The notes under the pieces were generated by a model that was not told the DNA's origin, did not search any database, and was given only the letters and a program-made list of their open reading frames with translations. A DNA stretch of 64,000 nt, taken from the IMG/VR virus record IMGVR_UViG_3300045996_002337, positions 239,971 through 303,970 of that record; one strand, written 5' to 3'. Made by a program: the position numbers and the translations under genes. Every line of letters begins with the position of its first letter. Positions within the stretch are counted from its first letter, which is position 1. This document shows positions 25,802-35,031 of this stretch, piece after piece. This DNA comes from a virus.

Positions 25802-26539
25802 TCAGCCCCTGAAAGGGCCGTTGCCGCTCTTCTTGCCGAAAGGGCTGTTGCCGCCCATCATCTGCATCATCATCATGGCTTGCATCATGTTGCCGTTGCC
25901 GCCTTCACCGCCGCCCATAGCGGACATCAGCATGATTGGCATCAGCTTTTCCATGTCGATGTTGCCTTCGCCGCCGCTCATGGCCGACATCTGCATCATC
26001 ATCATGAGGTTGCTTTGCATACCGCCCAGGGCCTTGTCGCCGCCAGGAAGCATGGTCATCAACGAGCGAATCACCATGACACCGTTGTCGCCCATGCCGA
26101 GCAGCGAGACCTTCGGTGGCTTCCAAGTGGTGCGCTGACCGTCGACCTTCATCAGGACGAATTGGACGTTGGTGCGGTCTTCTTCAGTCGAACCACCAGC
26201 AGGCTTGCGCTTCGCAACGGTTGATCCAGTTGGCTTGACGCCGTACTTGATGTCAATCACCCAGCCTGGCTTTTCAGAAGCACCGAAGAAGATCAGATCT
26301 CCAACGTTGACGCTCGACACTGGCGTCGACTGTGCGAACGCAGGAACTTCCATGCCGAACTGGTCGAACATGTTGATCTGGACTTCAGCGTCATCGCCGC
26401 TGCCAACGAGGGTGGAGATGCCTTCTTTCGAAGAGACACCAACACTGCCCGACATCAGGTCCCACACGACACCTTCGGCACGGCGGAAAAGGCGGTTCAT
26501 CATCTTGTCACTGCCAGGGAATTGCATACCGTTCATCAT
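25802..26539 (-). CDS. hypothetical protein with Met/Gly-rich low-complexity C-terminus
   Basis: 245 aa. C-terminal MMMMQMSAMSGGEGN...MMQAMMMMQMMGGN repeats. Confidence 0.5.
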   Translation of the reverse strand: MMNGMQFPGSDKMMNRLFRRAEGVVWDLMSGSVGVSSKEGISTLVGSGDDAEVQINMFDQFGMEVPAFAQSTPVSSVNVGDLIFFGASEKPGWVIDIKYGVKPTGSTVAKRKPAGGSTEEDRTNVQFVLMKVDGQRTTWKPPKVSLLGMGDNGVMVIRSLMTMLPGGDKALGGMQSNLMMMMQMSAMSGGEGNIDMEKLMPIMLMSAMGGGEGGNGNMMQAMMMMQMMGGNSPFGKKSGNGPFRG

Positions 26540-26588
26540 TTTCTCCTTAAGTTGTCTCGAAAGTTGAGAGGGCTTCGAGGCGTTGCCC

Positions 26589-27698
26589 TTAGTCCTTAAT
26601 CATGCCGAGCATGGTGTCCAAGATCGCGTGGTGATCTTCGAACCAGTTTTGGCTGTTGGCCCGCGCTTCATGAATAGGCAACCAGAAAGCTTTTGCGGTT
26701 TCTACCACTGCTTTGCCACCCGTTTCATGAAGCGGTGCATTCTGTCCCTTGACCTTTGGTAGTGGTTTTGTGTCATCGAGTCGAATCAGAAAGGCGGTAG
26801 TGATGGTGCGTCCGCGGAGACTTCGATCAGGGTGATCAAAGATTTCCTTTGCACGAATCGAGCCACGCAGAATACCTTCTGGTACCTTGATGCCAGTTTC
26901 TTCAACCAGCTCACGAATCGCCGCGCTTTGAAGACGTTCACTTTGATCCACGAAGCCACCAGGCAGCGCCCACAGGCCTTTGCCTGGCAGAGCACCGCGC
27001 TCAACAACCAGCACGTGACCAGATTGAATCACAACGTTATCAACCGTCACGAAGGTCGGAGCATACGGTGCCGCCTTCCAAGCCGACTTGTACTTCTCGA
27101 TGAAGTCGTATTCATCTTGAAGCTGATCGTACGCCTCAGATTCAAGAAACTTGACAAGGAGGAATTTGTACGTGACAGGCGGTACATCTTTCCACGCCGG
27201 AGGTGACATATCCCAAATGCTGCTGCGCTCGAAGAGGCGTCTGCGAAGAGCAGTAGCGCTGAGGTCGCGGCCTTCTGGCACCTTCGGCAGCAGATCGCTC
27301 TTCCACTGCGGGAACGCGGAGAGGTACCAGGTCGAGTCGTCTCGATCAGAGCCGGTCAGCCGAATTTCAACTTCATCACGTTTAAGCCGGGCTTCATCAA
27401 TGGCACGATAGACCTGCTCTTGAACCGATTGAATCCACTTCGCGTCGTTGTACGGCTGATCAGCCAATGGGCAGACCTTAAAATGACCATCGTAGTTCGC
27501 GCCAACTTTCCAGCGCTGAATCAATAATTCGCGTTCCTCATACGTGAATGGATTCTTGATCGTGCGCGCTTGGTGCGCGGAACCTACGAGAACGACGACG
27601 AGGTCCGATTGAGCCAGTGCGTGCTCAAGAACGTGGACGTGTCCGAGGTGGAGAGGTTGGAAGCGACCGATGTAGACGGTCACGATTTTGTTTGCCAT
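26589..27698 (-). CDS. bifunctional NMN adenylyltransferase / Nudix hydrolase (NadM-Nudix)
   Basis: N-terminal GRFQPLHLGH (cytidylyltransferase HxGH). C-terminal Nudix box GGFVDQSERLQSAAIRELVEETGI. Confidence 0.8.
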   Translation of the reverse strand: MANKIVTVYIGRFQPLHLGHVHVLEHALAQSDLVVVLVGSAHQARTIKNPFTYEERELLIQRWKVGANYDGHFKVCPLADQPYNDAKWIQSVQEQVYRAIDEARLKRDEVEIRLTGSDRDDSTWYLSAFPQWKSDLLPKVPEGRDLSATALRRRLFERSSIWDMSPPAWKDVPPVTYKFLLVKFLESEAYDQLQDEYDFIEKYKSAWKAAPYAPTFVTVDNVVIQSGHVLVVERGALPGKGLWALPGGFVDQSERLQSAAIRELVEETGIKVPEGILRGSIRAKEIFDHPDRSLRGRTITTAFLIRLDDTKPLPKVKGQNAPLHETGGKAVVETAKAFWLPIHEARANSQNWFEDHHAILDTMLGMIKD

Positions 27699-27784
27699 AT
27701 CGAACTCCTCGAATAGCGGTTTGAAAGAGTAGGCGTCTATCGCTTACTCGACTTTATTTATTGTAACTCCTAGTAGAGGTACAA

Positions 27785-28120
27785 TTAAATTGTTGTAGGT
27801 TGAACGATGTTGGCAGCCTTGAGCAATCGACCACGACCATCTTGAGAGTGATACACGTAGAAGGTGACTTCCTCACCAATCTTTGGCCACTTGGAATAAT
27901 CAATCCAAGTGGCGTATTGCACGCCATCTATCGTCATCACCTGATTTCCCGCCCCTCCAAACGTAAGGTCGATTTTCTCGAGCTTACCCATGAGGTACTT
28001 CGGCGCAGCTGGCTTCGTGCTAAACAGATTTCGGAGGAAGTTGATCATGTTACTCGGCCTGCAGCGTTTCGGTTGAAGCCTCGGTGCGGGTGACTGCAAC
28101 TCGGCGGACGGTGGCGCCAC
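27785..28120 (-). CDS. hypothetical protein
   Basis: 111 aa ORF. Confidence 0.5.
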   Translation of the reverse strand: MAPPSAELQSPAPRLQPKRCRPSNMINFLRNLFSTKPAAPKYLMGKLEKIDLTFGGAGNQVMTIDGVQYATWIDYSKWPKIGEEVTFYVYHSQDGRGRLLKAANIVQPTTI

Positions 28121-28631
28121 CGGCAGTTTTCTGGATCGTGACGTTCGGGTCCTTCTTCACCGTCTTCTTGACAGTTCCGGCGGCTTTCTTGACCGTGGTC
28201 TTTGCCTTCGTCACCGTCTCTTGAATGCTGCCGGTTTTGTTGTTACCACGATTTGCCTTGGTGGGGACGCCACTCTTGCTCGTCAGGCGTCCACCGACGA
28301 TGCGCGACAGCTCGATGAGTTCCTTCTTGACCGAGCGGAAATTGCTGGAGGACTTGGCAGCTTGAGCGGCTGCAACAAGCTTGGCTTCATTCGGCTTGAT
28401 GAAGTCTGGGTTGACGAAGTTGTAAAGGCGAGGAATGGTGAAGTCGACGGCCCCGAGTTGATCGGTTTCGCTGACAATGATCTCAACGTCATTCCATTGC
28501 GCGGCATGATCGGCAGGACGGTGATCTTTCCAATACCCGATGTGCATCTCGGGAATCAGCACGTCCTTGAGCAAGGCGGCTTGAACGATGGACGAGACAT
28601 AAAGTTTTTTGGTGGTCATGGTAATCCTCAA
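28050..28631 (-). CDS. hypothetical protein with Lys-rich C-terminus
   Basis: 193 aa ORF. Start may be the second Met. Confidence 0.5.
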   Translation of the reverse strand: MRITMTTKKLYVSSIVQAALLKDVLIPEMHIGYWKDHRPADHAAQWNDVEIIVSETDQLGAVDFTIPRLYNFVNPDFIKPNEAKLVAAAQAAKSSSNFRSVKKELIELSRIVGGRLTSKSGVPTKANRGNNKTGSIQETVTKAKTTVKKAAGTVKKTVKKDPNVTIQKTAGGATVRRVAVTRTEASTETLQAE

Positions 28632-28709
28632 AGTTGGTGTTACGCAACCAGCTTGGTTGCTTGAGACAATTCTATCACGCTTTTACAGGTTAGTGTTGTT
28701 CAACCTGAA

Positions 28710-28988
28710 TTAAGCGGTGCGGCCCAGCTTCTTGTCGATGTTCACCATCTTTCGGGCGAGGGCAAGAAGATCTTCTTGCCGACCTTGGATGGCCGCATTT
28801 GACTTGCCAACTGGAGAGCTCTTCAGCTCTTCAATTTGGAGCTGAATTCGCTCACGTTGTGTGAGAAGCTTCTCGCGTTCATTGGAAGCGGGTCGACCGT
28901 TTTGCGTGTCTGCGAGCCAGGTCATAGAACTTCCAGTTTGTTTTGCATAAGCAATTATAACACAACCTGCATTTACTGTACATGCCAT
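28710..28988 (-). CDS. hypothetical protein
   Basis: 92 aa ORF. Confidence 0.45.
   Translation of the reverse strand: MACTVNAGCVIIAYAKQTGSSMTWLADTQNGRPASNEREKLLTQRERIQLQIEELKSSPVGKSNAAIQGRQEDLLALARKMVNIDKKLGRTA
28944..28972 (-). promoter_or_regulatory. promoter of the TGTACA-N17-TATAAT family (with CAGGTTG spacer element)
   Basis: Plus attataacacaacctgcatttactgtaca. Confidence 0.5.
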
Positions 28989-29230
28989 TTAATGCGAAGT
29001 GGCGCATTAAGCAGTGCAGGTCTATTACGATTGAGAATCTTCTTTGCATCCTCCATCGCTGATTCGACGCTGTTGAAGCGCTGCGCCGAATCCATTTCCT
29101 CAATGCTCCATGTCCACTTCGTTTGATCCTTACTCTGGATCACCACTTCAACTTGCGGCACTCGGAACGTGATCATTTGCGCTTTGCCTCCCGCTTGATA
29201 GCTGCCAGTGCAGATGGGTGCACCGCCCAT
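28973..29230 (-). CDS. hypothetical protein
   Basis: 85 aa ORF. Confidence 0.4.
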   Translation of the reverse strand: MGGAPICTGSYQAGGKAQMITFRVPQVEVVIQSKDQTKWTWSIEEMDSAQRFNSVESAMEDAKKILNRNRPALLNAPLRIKWHVQ

Positions 29231-30243
29231 TTAACGCGTTCAATGTCCAGTGGATCTACATCACGCCACTTTGGGTGACCTGACGCTTGAAGTTGATCAA
29301 TGTTCCGGGTGATGCAGGTAACGAGATTGCCAATTTCCTTCTGGTACTGATTCTTGTACGCGAAGGTAGCAAGCACGTTGTTCACCTTGTACGTCGAGAT
29401 TGGTGTACCTTGCCAAGGATAGGTTCCTGTAGGGAGCATTGCCTTTGTGTAGAAGCCAAACTTATCGAGAGCGGGGTGTTGGATAGGAATCAACTTCACA
29501 CCGTTTGCACCAGACAGAACGCGAATCGGTTGGCCAGCAACGATAAACTCCACATCCGCAGCACCGGTTTGGACGGCCTTCAGACCCGCAGCCTGTGATA
29601 GGTTACCTTCAACGGTTTCCCACTGAATGCCAGTTTGCTGCTTGATCAGCTGAACAGTCACCCAAGTTCCAGAACCTTCTGGACCTTCAACCACGCGCTT
29701 ACCAGCGAGGTCGGCCAAGGAATTGATAGGAGAACCATTTGCAACAATTGCGTGCACCTCCACTGAAAAGAATGGAAAAACAGCAACTACGCGCGACATC
29801 ATCTTTGGATCAATCTTCTGCTGATATGCGAGGGCGTCCTCTTGCGCGATACCAAACTGTGAGTTAGGATCAGTGTAGATCTTGTTGATGTTGTCGATTG
29901 AGCCGTCACTGATGACATTACGAAGCGGGTAGTCATCAGTAGAACAGGCTTTTACGATGTCCTCAGCCATGGGCCAATTCGTACCGGTTTTTTGACCCGA
30001 GGCAATGCCGGCGCCGGGAAGCTTGCCACCTGCGTTCAGGACCGGCATTTGCGGCTGAGGTTGCGGCTGAGGTTGCGGCTCGACGTTAGGCGCCACCATA
30101 ATGGCTGGTGCTACCGGTGCAGTCGCGACGATTGCAGCCGTGTCAGCTTGCGTTTTTGGCATGAACTTGTAAGCGACGAACCCAAGAAGGGCCACAACGC
30201 TTCCAACAATGATTGCCTTGGGAAGAGTCTTTAGCTTTGCCAT
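29173..30243 (-). CDS. ABC transporter substrate-binding protein (NitT/TauT- or PhnD-like)
   Basis: Signal anchor, PQPQPQPQ linker, SBP-like core (SLADLAGKRVVEGPEGSGTWVT...). Adjacent to the ABC ATPase. Confidence 0.65.
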   Translation of the reverse strand: MAKLKTLPKAIIVGSVVALLGFVAYKFMPKTQADTAAIVATAPVAPAIMVAPNVEPQPQPQPQPQMPVLNAGGKLPGAGIASGQKTGTNWPMAEDIVKACSTDDYPLRNVISDGSIDNINKIYTDPNSQFGIAQEDALAYQQKIDPKMMSRVVAVFPFFSVEVHAIVANGSPINSLADLAGKRVVEGPEGSGTWVTVQLIKQQTGIQWETVEGNLSQAAGLKAVQTGAADVEFIVAGQPIRVLSGANGVKLIPIQHPALDKFGFYTKAMLPTGTYPWQGTPISTYKVNNVLATFAYKNQYQKEIGNLVTCITRNIDQLQASGHPKWRDVDPLDIERVKWAVHPSALAAIKREAKRK

Positions 30244-30255
30244 ATTTCTCCTGTT

Positions 30256-31041
30256 TTACAAAGTTTTGAAAAGTTCTTTCAGCTCATGCACCGTCGGCCA
30301 GAACTGTGGGTGATTTTCAACATCAGGGTGCCAAGCAAGGCCTCGTTCGATGAGGTCAAACTGCTTGACAACCGTCGCACCAGGTTTTCCCTCTTCACGA
30401 CCCATCACCCAAATGGTGTCTGCAATTTGAACTGCAGATTCAAGATCGTGCGTGGTGAAGACAGTCGTGTTCAGCTCATCGACCAGATTCACTTCATTGA
30501 TCAGCGCGCAGACCTTATCCTTCGCGACCACGTCAAGACCTGAGAACGGTTCGTCCATCAGCAGGAAGTGCTTTGAGCCAAGCATCTGTTGAATGATCGC
30601 GATACGCTGGCGTTGACCACCAGACAGCTGGAGCGGGTATTTCTTTGCGTGTTGCTCAAGTCCAAAGCGGCTAAGCAGTTCATGAATTCGATCGTTGTCC
30701 TTCGACACCAGCTGCAGATTCCCCTCGATCGTCCGATGTTGAAGCAGCGGGTAGTTCTGCTGAACAACACCAACAACTCCAGCCGGAACAGGGTCCTTCG
30801 AGTCATGAATGCGCACCATACCAGCTGAGGGCCGCTGCATGCCAGCAATGCAGCGAAAGAGCTGGGTCTTACCGCAGCCCGATGGGCCGAGGAGGGCGAT
30901 GCACTGGCCCTGATTCATACCAGGACGAACGATGTTGTCGACCTGCAGATTAATGTCGCGAAGGATTTGTTTATCTCCGTACGACAGATTGAGACCTTCA
31001 ACGGTGAGCAGGCGCTCTTTGCGTTCGTATTGTTGTTTCAC
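30256..31041 (-). CDS. ABC transporter ATP-binding protein
   Basis: Walker A GPSGCGKT, signature LSGGQRQR, Walker B LLMDEP. Confidence 0.85.
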   Translation of the reverse strand: MKQQYERKERLLTVEGLNLSYGDKQILRDINLQVDNIVRPGMNQGQCIALLGPSGCGKTQLFRCIAGMQRPSAGMVRIHDSKDPVPAGVVGVVQQNYPLLQHRTIEGNLQLVSKDNDRIHELLSRFGLEQHAKKYPLQLSGGQRQRIAIIQQMLGSKHFLLMDEPFSGLDVVAKDKVCALINEVNLVDELNTTVFTTHDLESAVQIADTIWVMGREEGKPGATVVKQFDLIERGLAWHPDVENHPQFWPTVHELKELFKTL

Positions 31042-31556
31042 TTAACACCTCGTTGTTCCAAGTACACGACAAGCTTTTGCACCGTGTTGTGCTCCTCGAG
31101 GAAGAGGTATGGAGTGCAGGGGATGGCAATGTCAAATTCGAATGCCAGATCTTCCACCAACTCACCATACGCGAAATAGTCACCTTCGAAGCCGGGCTTC
31201 ATGTACTCGGTAAGATCTTCATCGGGCTTCACGTCGCTGAGGCCGAGGCTGATCGCCACAGTTTCTGCAACGCGGTCAGTCAGAGACCGATCCTCATTCT
31301 CCACAGCTCCCATGTTCTGCATCAGGATGTAGCGAACAAGCGCCTGAATCACAACGCCCTTTTCTTGCGCCAGCTTTTGAAGCCGCTCGTGTTCCTGAGT
31401 CGTCACGTAGATCGGTGGCAGCTGCGCCAAACCAAGAGCGGCGCCAATTTGTTCTTCAATCTCTTTCGACGCCCGTGTGGGGATAAGTCCCTTGAGCTTG
31501 TGAACTTCTTCAATGAGAGTGTCAAGCCGTTCGCCGATGGTAAGTTTCTTAGTCAT
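31038..31556 (-). CDS. hypothetical protein
   Basis: 172 aa ORF, 4-nt overlap. Confidence 0.5.
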   Translation of the reverse strand: MTKKLTIGERLDTLIEEVHKLKGLIPTRASKEIEEQIGAALGLAQLPPIYVTTQEHERLQKLAQEKGVVIQALVRYILMQNMGAVENEDRSLTDRVAETVAISLGLSDVKPDEDLTEYMKPGFEGDYFAYGELVEDLAFEFDIAIPCTPYLFLEEHNTVQKLVVYLEQRGVK

Positions 31557-31592
31557 GATGAATTATAACCTACGTTGACACTAGCTTGTTGA

Positions 31593-32405
31593 TTACTTGC
31601 CAAGAACGACAGGGACCTGGCCAATAACGCAGGTGGATTTCGAGCACGCTTCACTGAACCGCTTGATCTGCTCAAGCTGAATGAACTGCTCGGGCGAGAG
31701 ACCGATCGCATTGCGATATGCGTTGTCAGCATCTGCCTTGGCAACCTGCTCCTTCTTCCGCTGAATTTCAGCAGCTTCTGCTTCAATGAGGGTCTTCTTG
31801 CGTTGCTGTTGCGCGGCCGTTTCATTCATCTGCGCGAGGACGTTCGCGTTAGGCTTTGCACGCCCGAGCGATACGCCGATGATTTTGAGCGGCAGTTTCG
31901 ATTCGATGACGAGCTTCTGCAGAGCCAACGTAACTTCAGAGTCGACGTCATTTGCTGCAGCGACATCTGACATCATCTGGGTCATGGTCTTCTTCTTGAC
32001 AGCTTCACGAACGATGGACATGTACTGTCGCTCGACGTTCGCCGCAAACCAATCTTGTGTACCGAAGTTCTTCACGAGAGAGACCGCATCTGTGAACTGA
32101 TATTGAATAGTGGATTCAAAGTCGAGGAGAATGTTGTCAGCCGATGACAGATCGTCGAACTGCACCTGCACGCCCTGCGGCGTCATGCGAACTGCCGTGA
32201 GGGACGAAGTTCGGAAAAGCAGAATGCGGCCGTCTTTCAGAACTTCGTCACGAACGCCAGAGTGGCCGAAGAAGTAGGGTTTGTCGACGATGACACCATG
32301 CTGACCAGGTTCAACGACCTCGGTGTGCATGAAGAAGATCCACGTAAACACGAAGCCGATGATGGCAAGAGCTGCGACCGACAGAGCCGCGATAACGTAT
32401 TTCAT
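31593..32405 (-). CDS. SPFH/band-7 domain membrane protein
   Basis: N-terminal TM helix. Prohibitin/HflC-like core and coiled-coil tail. Confidence 0.6.
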   Translation of the reverse strand: MKYVIAALSVAALAIIGFVFTWIFFMHTEVVEPGQHGVIVDKPYFFGHSGVRDEVLKDGRILLFRTSSLTAVRMTPQGVQVQFDDLSSADNILLDFESTIQYQFTDAVSLVKNFGTQDWFAANVERQYMSIVREAVKKKTMTQMMSDVAAANDVDSEVTLALQKLVIESKLPLKIIGVSLGRAKPNANVLAQMNETAAQQQRKKTLIEAEAAEIQRKKEQVAKADADNAYRNAIGLSPEQFIQLEQIKRFSEACSKSTCVIGQVPVVLGK

Positions 32406-32415
32406 TTATTTTCTT

Positions 32416-32715
32416 TCAGAGTTTAGGTTTGAACGTGTACATGGCAGAGCCGCTTTCATTAAAGGCGGGCTTATCAAAAGTCACCTTCCAACCATAGTTC
32501 CCATACAGCAACTCGAAATCAAGCCACTTTGGATTGAGATACTCAAAGTTGCCGAGCGAGTGCATTTTTTCAGCGACGCGCTCCTTCACTGACGTCAGGG
32601 TCAAACTGAACGAAGACGTACCGTTGAAGTTTTCGTTGATGAGCTCATTGACCGCGTCGATGACGAAATCGGGGATTGGGCGCGAGGCCTCTTGGGGCGT
32701 GATTGGTTTAGTCAT
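32416..32715 (-). CDS. hypothetical protein
   Basis: 99 aa ORF. Confidence 0.5.
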   Translation of the reverse strand: MTKPITPQEASRPIPDFVIDAVNELINENFNGTSSFSLTLTSVKERVAEKMHSLGNFEYLNPKWLDFELLYGNYGWKVTFDKPAFNESGSAMYTFKPKL

Positions 32716-32748
32716 AATGCCATTATAACCTGTTCGGGTGAAAAAGGT

Positions 32749-33111
32749 TCACCAACGAATAACAATTGCGTAGTGCTGATAGAGAGGGCCAGGTTGAAAG
32801 CCATCTACGTCATCAACCGCCAACCCGCGTGGAACATACGCGTTACCGAGCTTTTCAAGGGTAGCGCCGTAGCCGAGTGCCTTCAGCTTCTCAATTAACA
32901 CCTTCATGAATGGTGACACTTCGACGCTATCATATGGCCCAGCATCAATGCTGATCTTGTCATAGGGCATTCCAACTACGTCTGAAAGCACGAGTAACGC
33001 AGCACCGGATTTTGCTGCTGCCTTGATAGGTGCGTCCAGTTTTTCAAGAACGTTCTGTACCGCCGCCTCAGAACGTTCAACAAGGCCACGTGCCTCTTTT
33101 GCGGTGATCAC
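32749..33111 (-). CDS. hypothetical protein
   Basis: 120 aa ORF. Confidence 0.5.
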   Translation of the reverse strand: MITAKEARGLVERSEAAVQNVLEKLDAPIKAAAKSGAALLVLSDVVGMPYDKISIDAGPYDSVEVSPFMKVLIEKLKALGYGATLEKLGNAYVPRGLAVDDVDGFQPGPLYQHYAIVIRW

Positions 33112-33896
33112 CGGTCACTCCTTCCAAGTTCGCTGTATGGGCATACAAGAGCTCGAAGGAAGTTCAATGCCATGTCCTGTACGATGCCGTAGAACAGAAT
33201 GGTGAGCTGAATAGCAAACACCGCGCTGAGGTTGAAGTATTTGGCTTGAACAGCCAACAGCGCACCGATTCCACCGTCACTGCGAACATATGATTCCACC
33301 ATCACGATCAGCGTCCAACCGATTGCGGCGTTCTGGCGGAGAAGGTCAAGCATGACGTGAAGACGGCCGCGAACACCCATTTCCCACGTGATCTGCCAGC
33401 CGCTGAGACCCAAGCTACGTGCGTAGTCGATGCTTTCCAGCGGGATCGATTTGATTTCGTCGACCGTCGACCGCATTAGGAATACCGTCATGCCGAAAGT
33501 GAGCATCGCCAGCTTGAGCATTTGACCATCACCACCCACCCAGAGGGTAAAGAGGAAGGTGAGACCAGCAAAACCGAGGAAGCGCAGCGAGGCAATGAAC
33601 GTTCCAGTCGGTTTGAAAATGTCGGCAGTGGTGAGATAGGCGACGCCAAAGGAAATTAGAGCTGACAGGATTAGAGCCTCCCAGATCACCACTACCGATT
33701 TGAAGAGCTCAAGCAGAAGACCGTTGTTGAGGGCCAACGAGTTCCATGCTTGCGCGATTGAAGAAGGCGAGGGAATGCCTGTGCCATTTGGCAACAGAGT
33801 CCAGATGATCGCCATAATGGCAAGCTGTGTGAGCGCCAGAAACTTCACGCTTAGCTTGCGACCTTGAGAAAAGGGGACGAACATGGATTTGATCAT
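33108..33896 (-). CDS. ABC transporter permease
   Basis: Six hydrophobic segments. Conserved cytoplasmic loop DYARSLGLSGWQITWE (EAA-type). Confidence 0.75.
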   Translation of the reverse strand: MIKSMFVPFSQGRKLSVKFLALTQLAIMAIIWTLLPNGTGIPSPSSIAQAWNSLALNNGLLLELFKSVVVIWEALILSALISFGVAYLTTADIFKPTGTFIASLRFLGFAGLTFLFTLWVGGDGQMLKLAMLTFGMTVFLMRSTVDEIKSIPLESIDYARSLGLSGWQITWEMGVRGRLHVMLDLLRQNAAIGWTLIVMVESYVRSDGGIGALLAVQAKYFNLSAVFAIQLTILFYGIVQDMALNFLRALVCPYSELGRSDR

Positions 33897-34210
33897 TTCT
33901 TGCCTTTGAGAGATGCGAGCGTAATTTCAGGGTCCTTCTCCTGTTTCTTCAGTTGTTGCTGAACGCTCGGGGTGATGAAGCCACCTGGCTCTTCGAGGAT
34001 GACGTGATTGCCGTCGACCTTCACGAGGCGGTATGGCTTCATGCTGTGACCCATACCAAACCTATCACCGAAGGCGCGTTGCTCAGCCGACTTCAGCGAC
34101 TTGTACGCGGCGGCTTTCTGGATGTCGTTCGTAAAGCACCACTCATATGTGGGTTGATGTTTGGCGTAGTAGCCGCGATCAATCCATTCAACAACGTATT
34201 GAACAATCAT
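33893..34210 (-). CDS. hypothetical protein
   Basis: 105 aa ORF. Confidence 0.5.
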   Translation of the reverse strand: MIVQYVVEWIDRGYYAKHQPTYEWCFTNDIQKAAAYKSLKSAEQRAFGDRFGMGHSMKPYRLVKVDGNHVILEEPGGFITPSVQQQLKKQEKDPEITLASLKGKK

Positions 34211-34213
34211 TTC

Positions 34214-34432
34214 TTACTTTCGAATGTGCCCGAACGTACGTTCGAGGGCGATGATGAATACACAGAAAAACCAGCATCCGCCCACAACACCAAATGGAAT
34301 CCGAATAAGGTCATTATGCGAAAAGATATCTGCGATGAAAAGCGGAATCATCCAGCCAAGCATTATGGCCAAGAAAATCAAGAACCTTTTTGGTTCCCGC
34401 AAGCTATCGAACCACATGTTGAATTTCTTCAC
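34214..34432 (-). CDS. small membrane protein
   Basis: 72 aa, two hydrophobic helices. Confidence 0.4.
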   Translation of the reverse strand: MKKFNMWFDSLREPKRFLIFLAIMLGWMIPLFIADIFSHNDLIRIPFGVVGGCWFFCVFIIALERTFGHIRK

Positions 34433-34437
34433 AGCAA

Positions 34438-34671
34438 CTATCCAACAATTTTCTTAGAACGCACCTGCGCATCTTGTTCTTTTTGTTGAGAGACCGCCGC
34501 AACAGCCTCATCGCGTGTTTTGAACCTAAGTGGATAGGGCAAGGACTCTGATGACGCGAACTGCGTTTCCCATGTTCTCCAAAATAGATAGAGTTCCCAT
34601 GCGCCTTTTTCTTGCACTGTGTACCATACACTTTCACCTTCGCGACGTTCCACAATTCGGTATTTCTTCAT
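34438..34671 (-). CDS. hypothetical protein
   Basis: 77 aa ORF. Confidence 0.45.
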   Translation of the reverse strand: MKKYRIVERREGESVWYTVQEKGAWELYLFWRTWETQFASSESLPYPLRFKTRDEAVAAVSQQKEQDAQVRSKKIVG

Positions 34672-34679
34672 GATGATCC

Positions 34680-34943
34680 TTAAACGCGATTCACAAAACC
34701 GCAGTGCTTACACACATCTTCGAAGCGTGAACCCATGAGTGACAGATCACCGCATTCAAAATCATGAGACTCAGTGTCATTACAGATACGCTGTTTGACA
34801 AGTGCATCTGCTGTTTCTTGAAGATTTTTAATGCGCTCCTGCAGATCAATCAACGCTTTCTGAGTCAACCGAATCTGCTGTTGAACAAACACGGACGAAT
34901 CTTCAATTTCGCGGGCGAACAGGTTCTTCATCATTTGATCCAT
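34680..34943 (-). CDS. hypothetical protein with C-terminal zinc-ribbon (CGD...CKHCG)
   Basis: 87 aa ORF. Confidence 0.45.
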   Translation of the reverse strand: MDQMMKNLFAREIEDSSVFVQQQIRLTQKALIDLQERIKNLQETADALVKQRICNDTESHDFECGDLSLMGSRFEDVCKHCGFVNRV

Positions 34944-35031
34944 TGTCTTCCTTCGTTGACTTTCTTCGAGCTAGGCCACATTTGACCCACTTCGAAGAAG
35001 GAAGGAGACTTAAGTCTCCTTCCAGCGTCAC

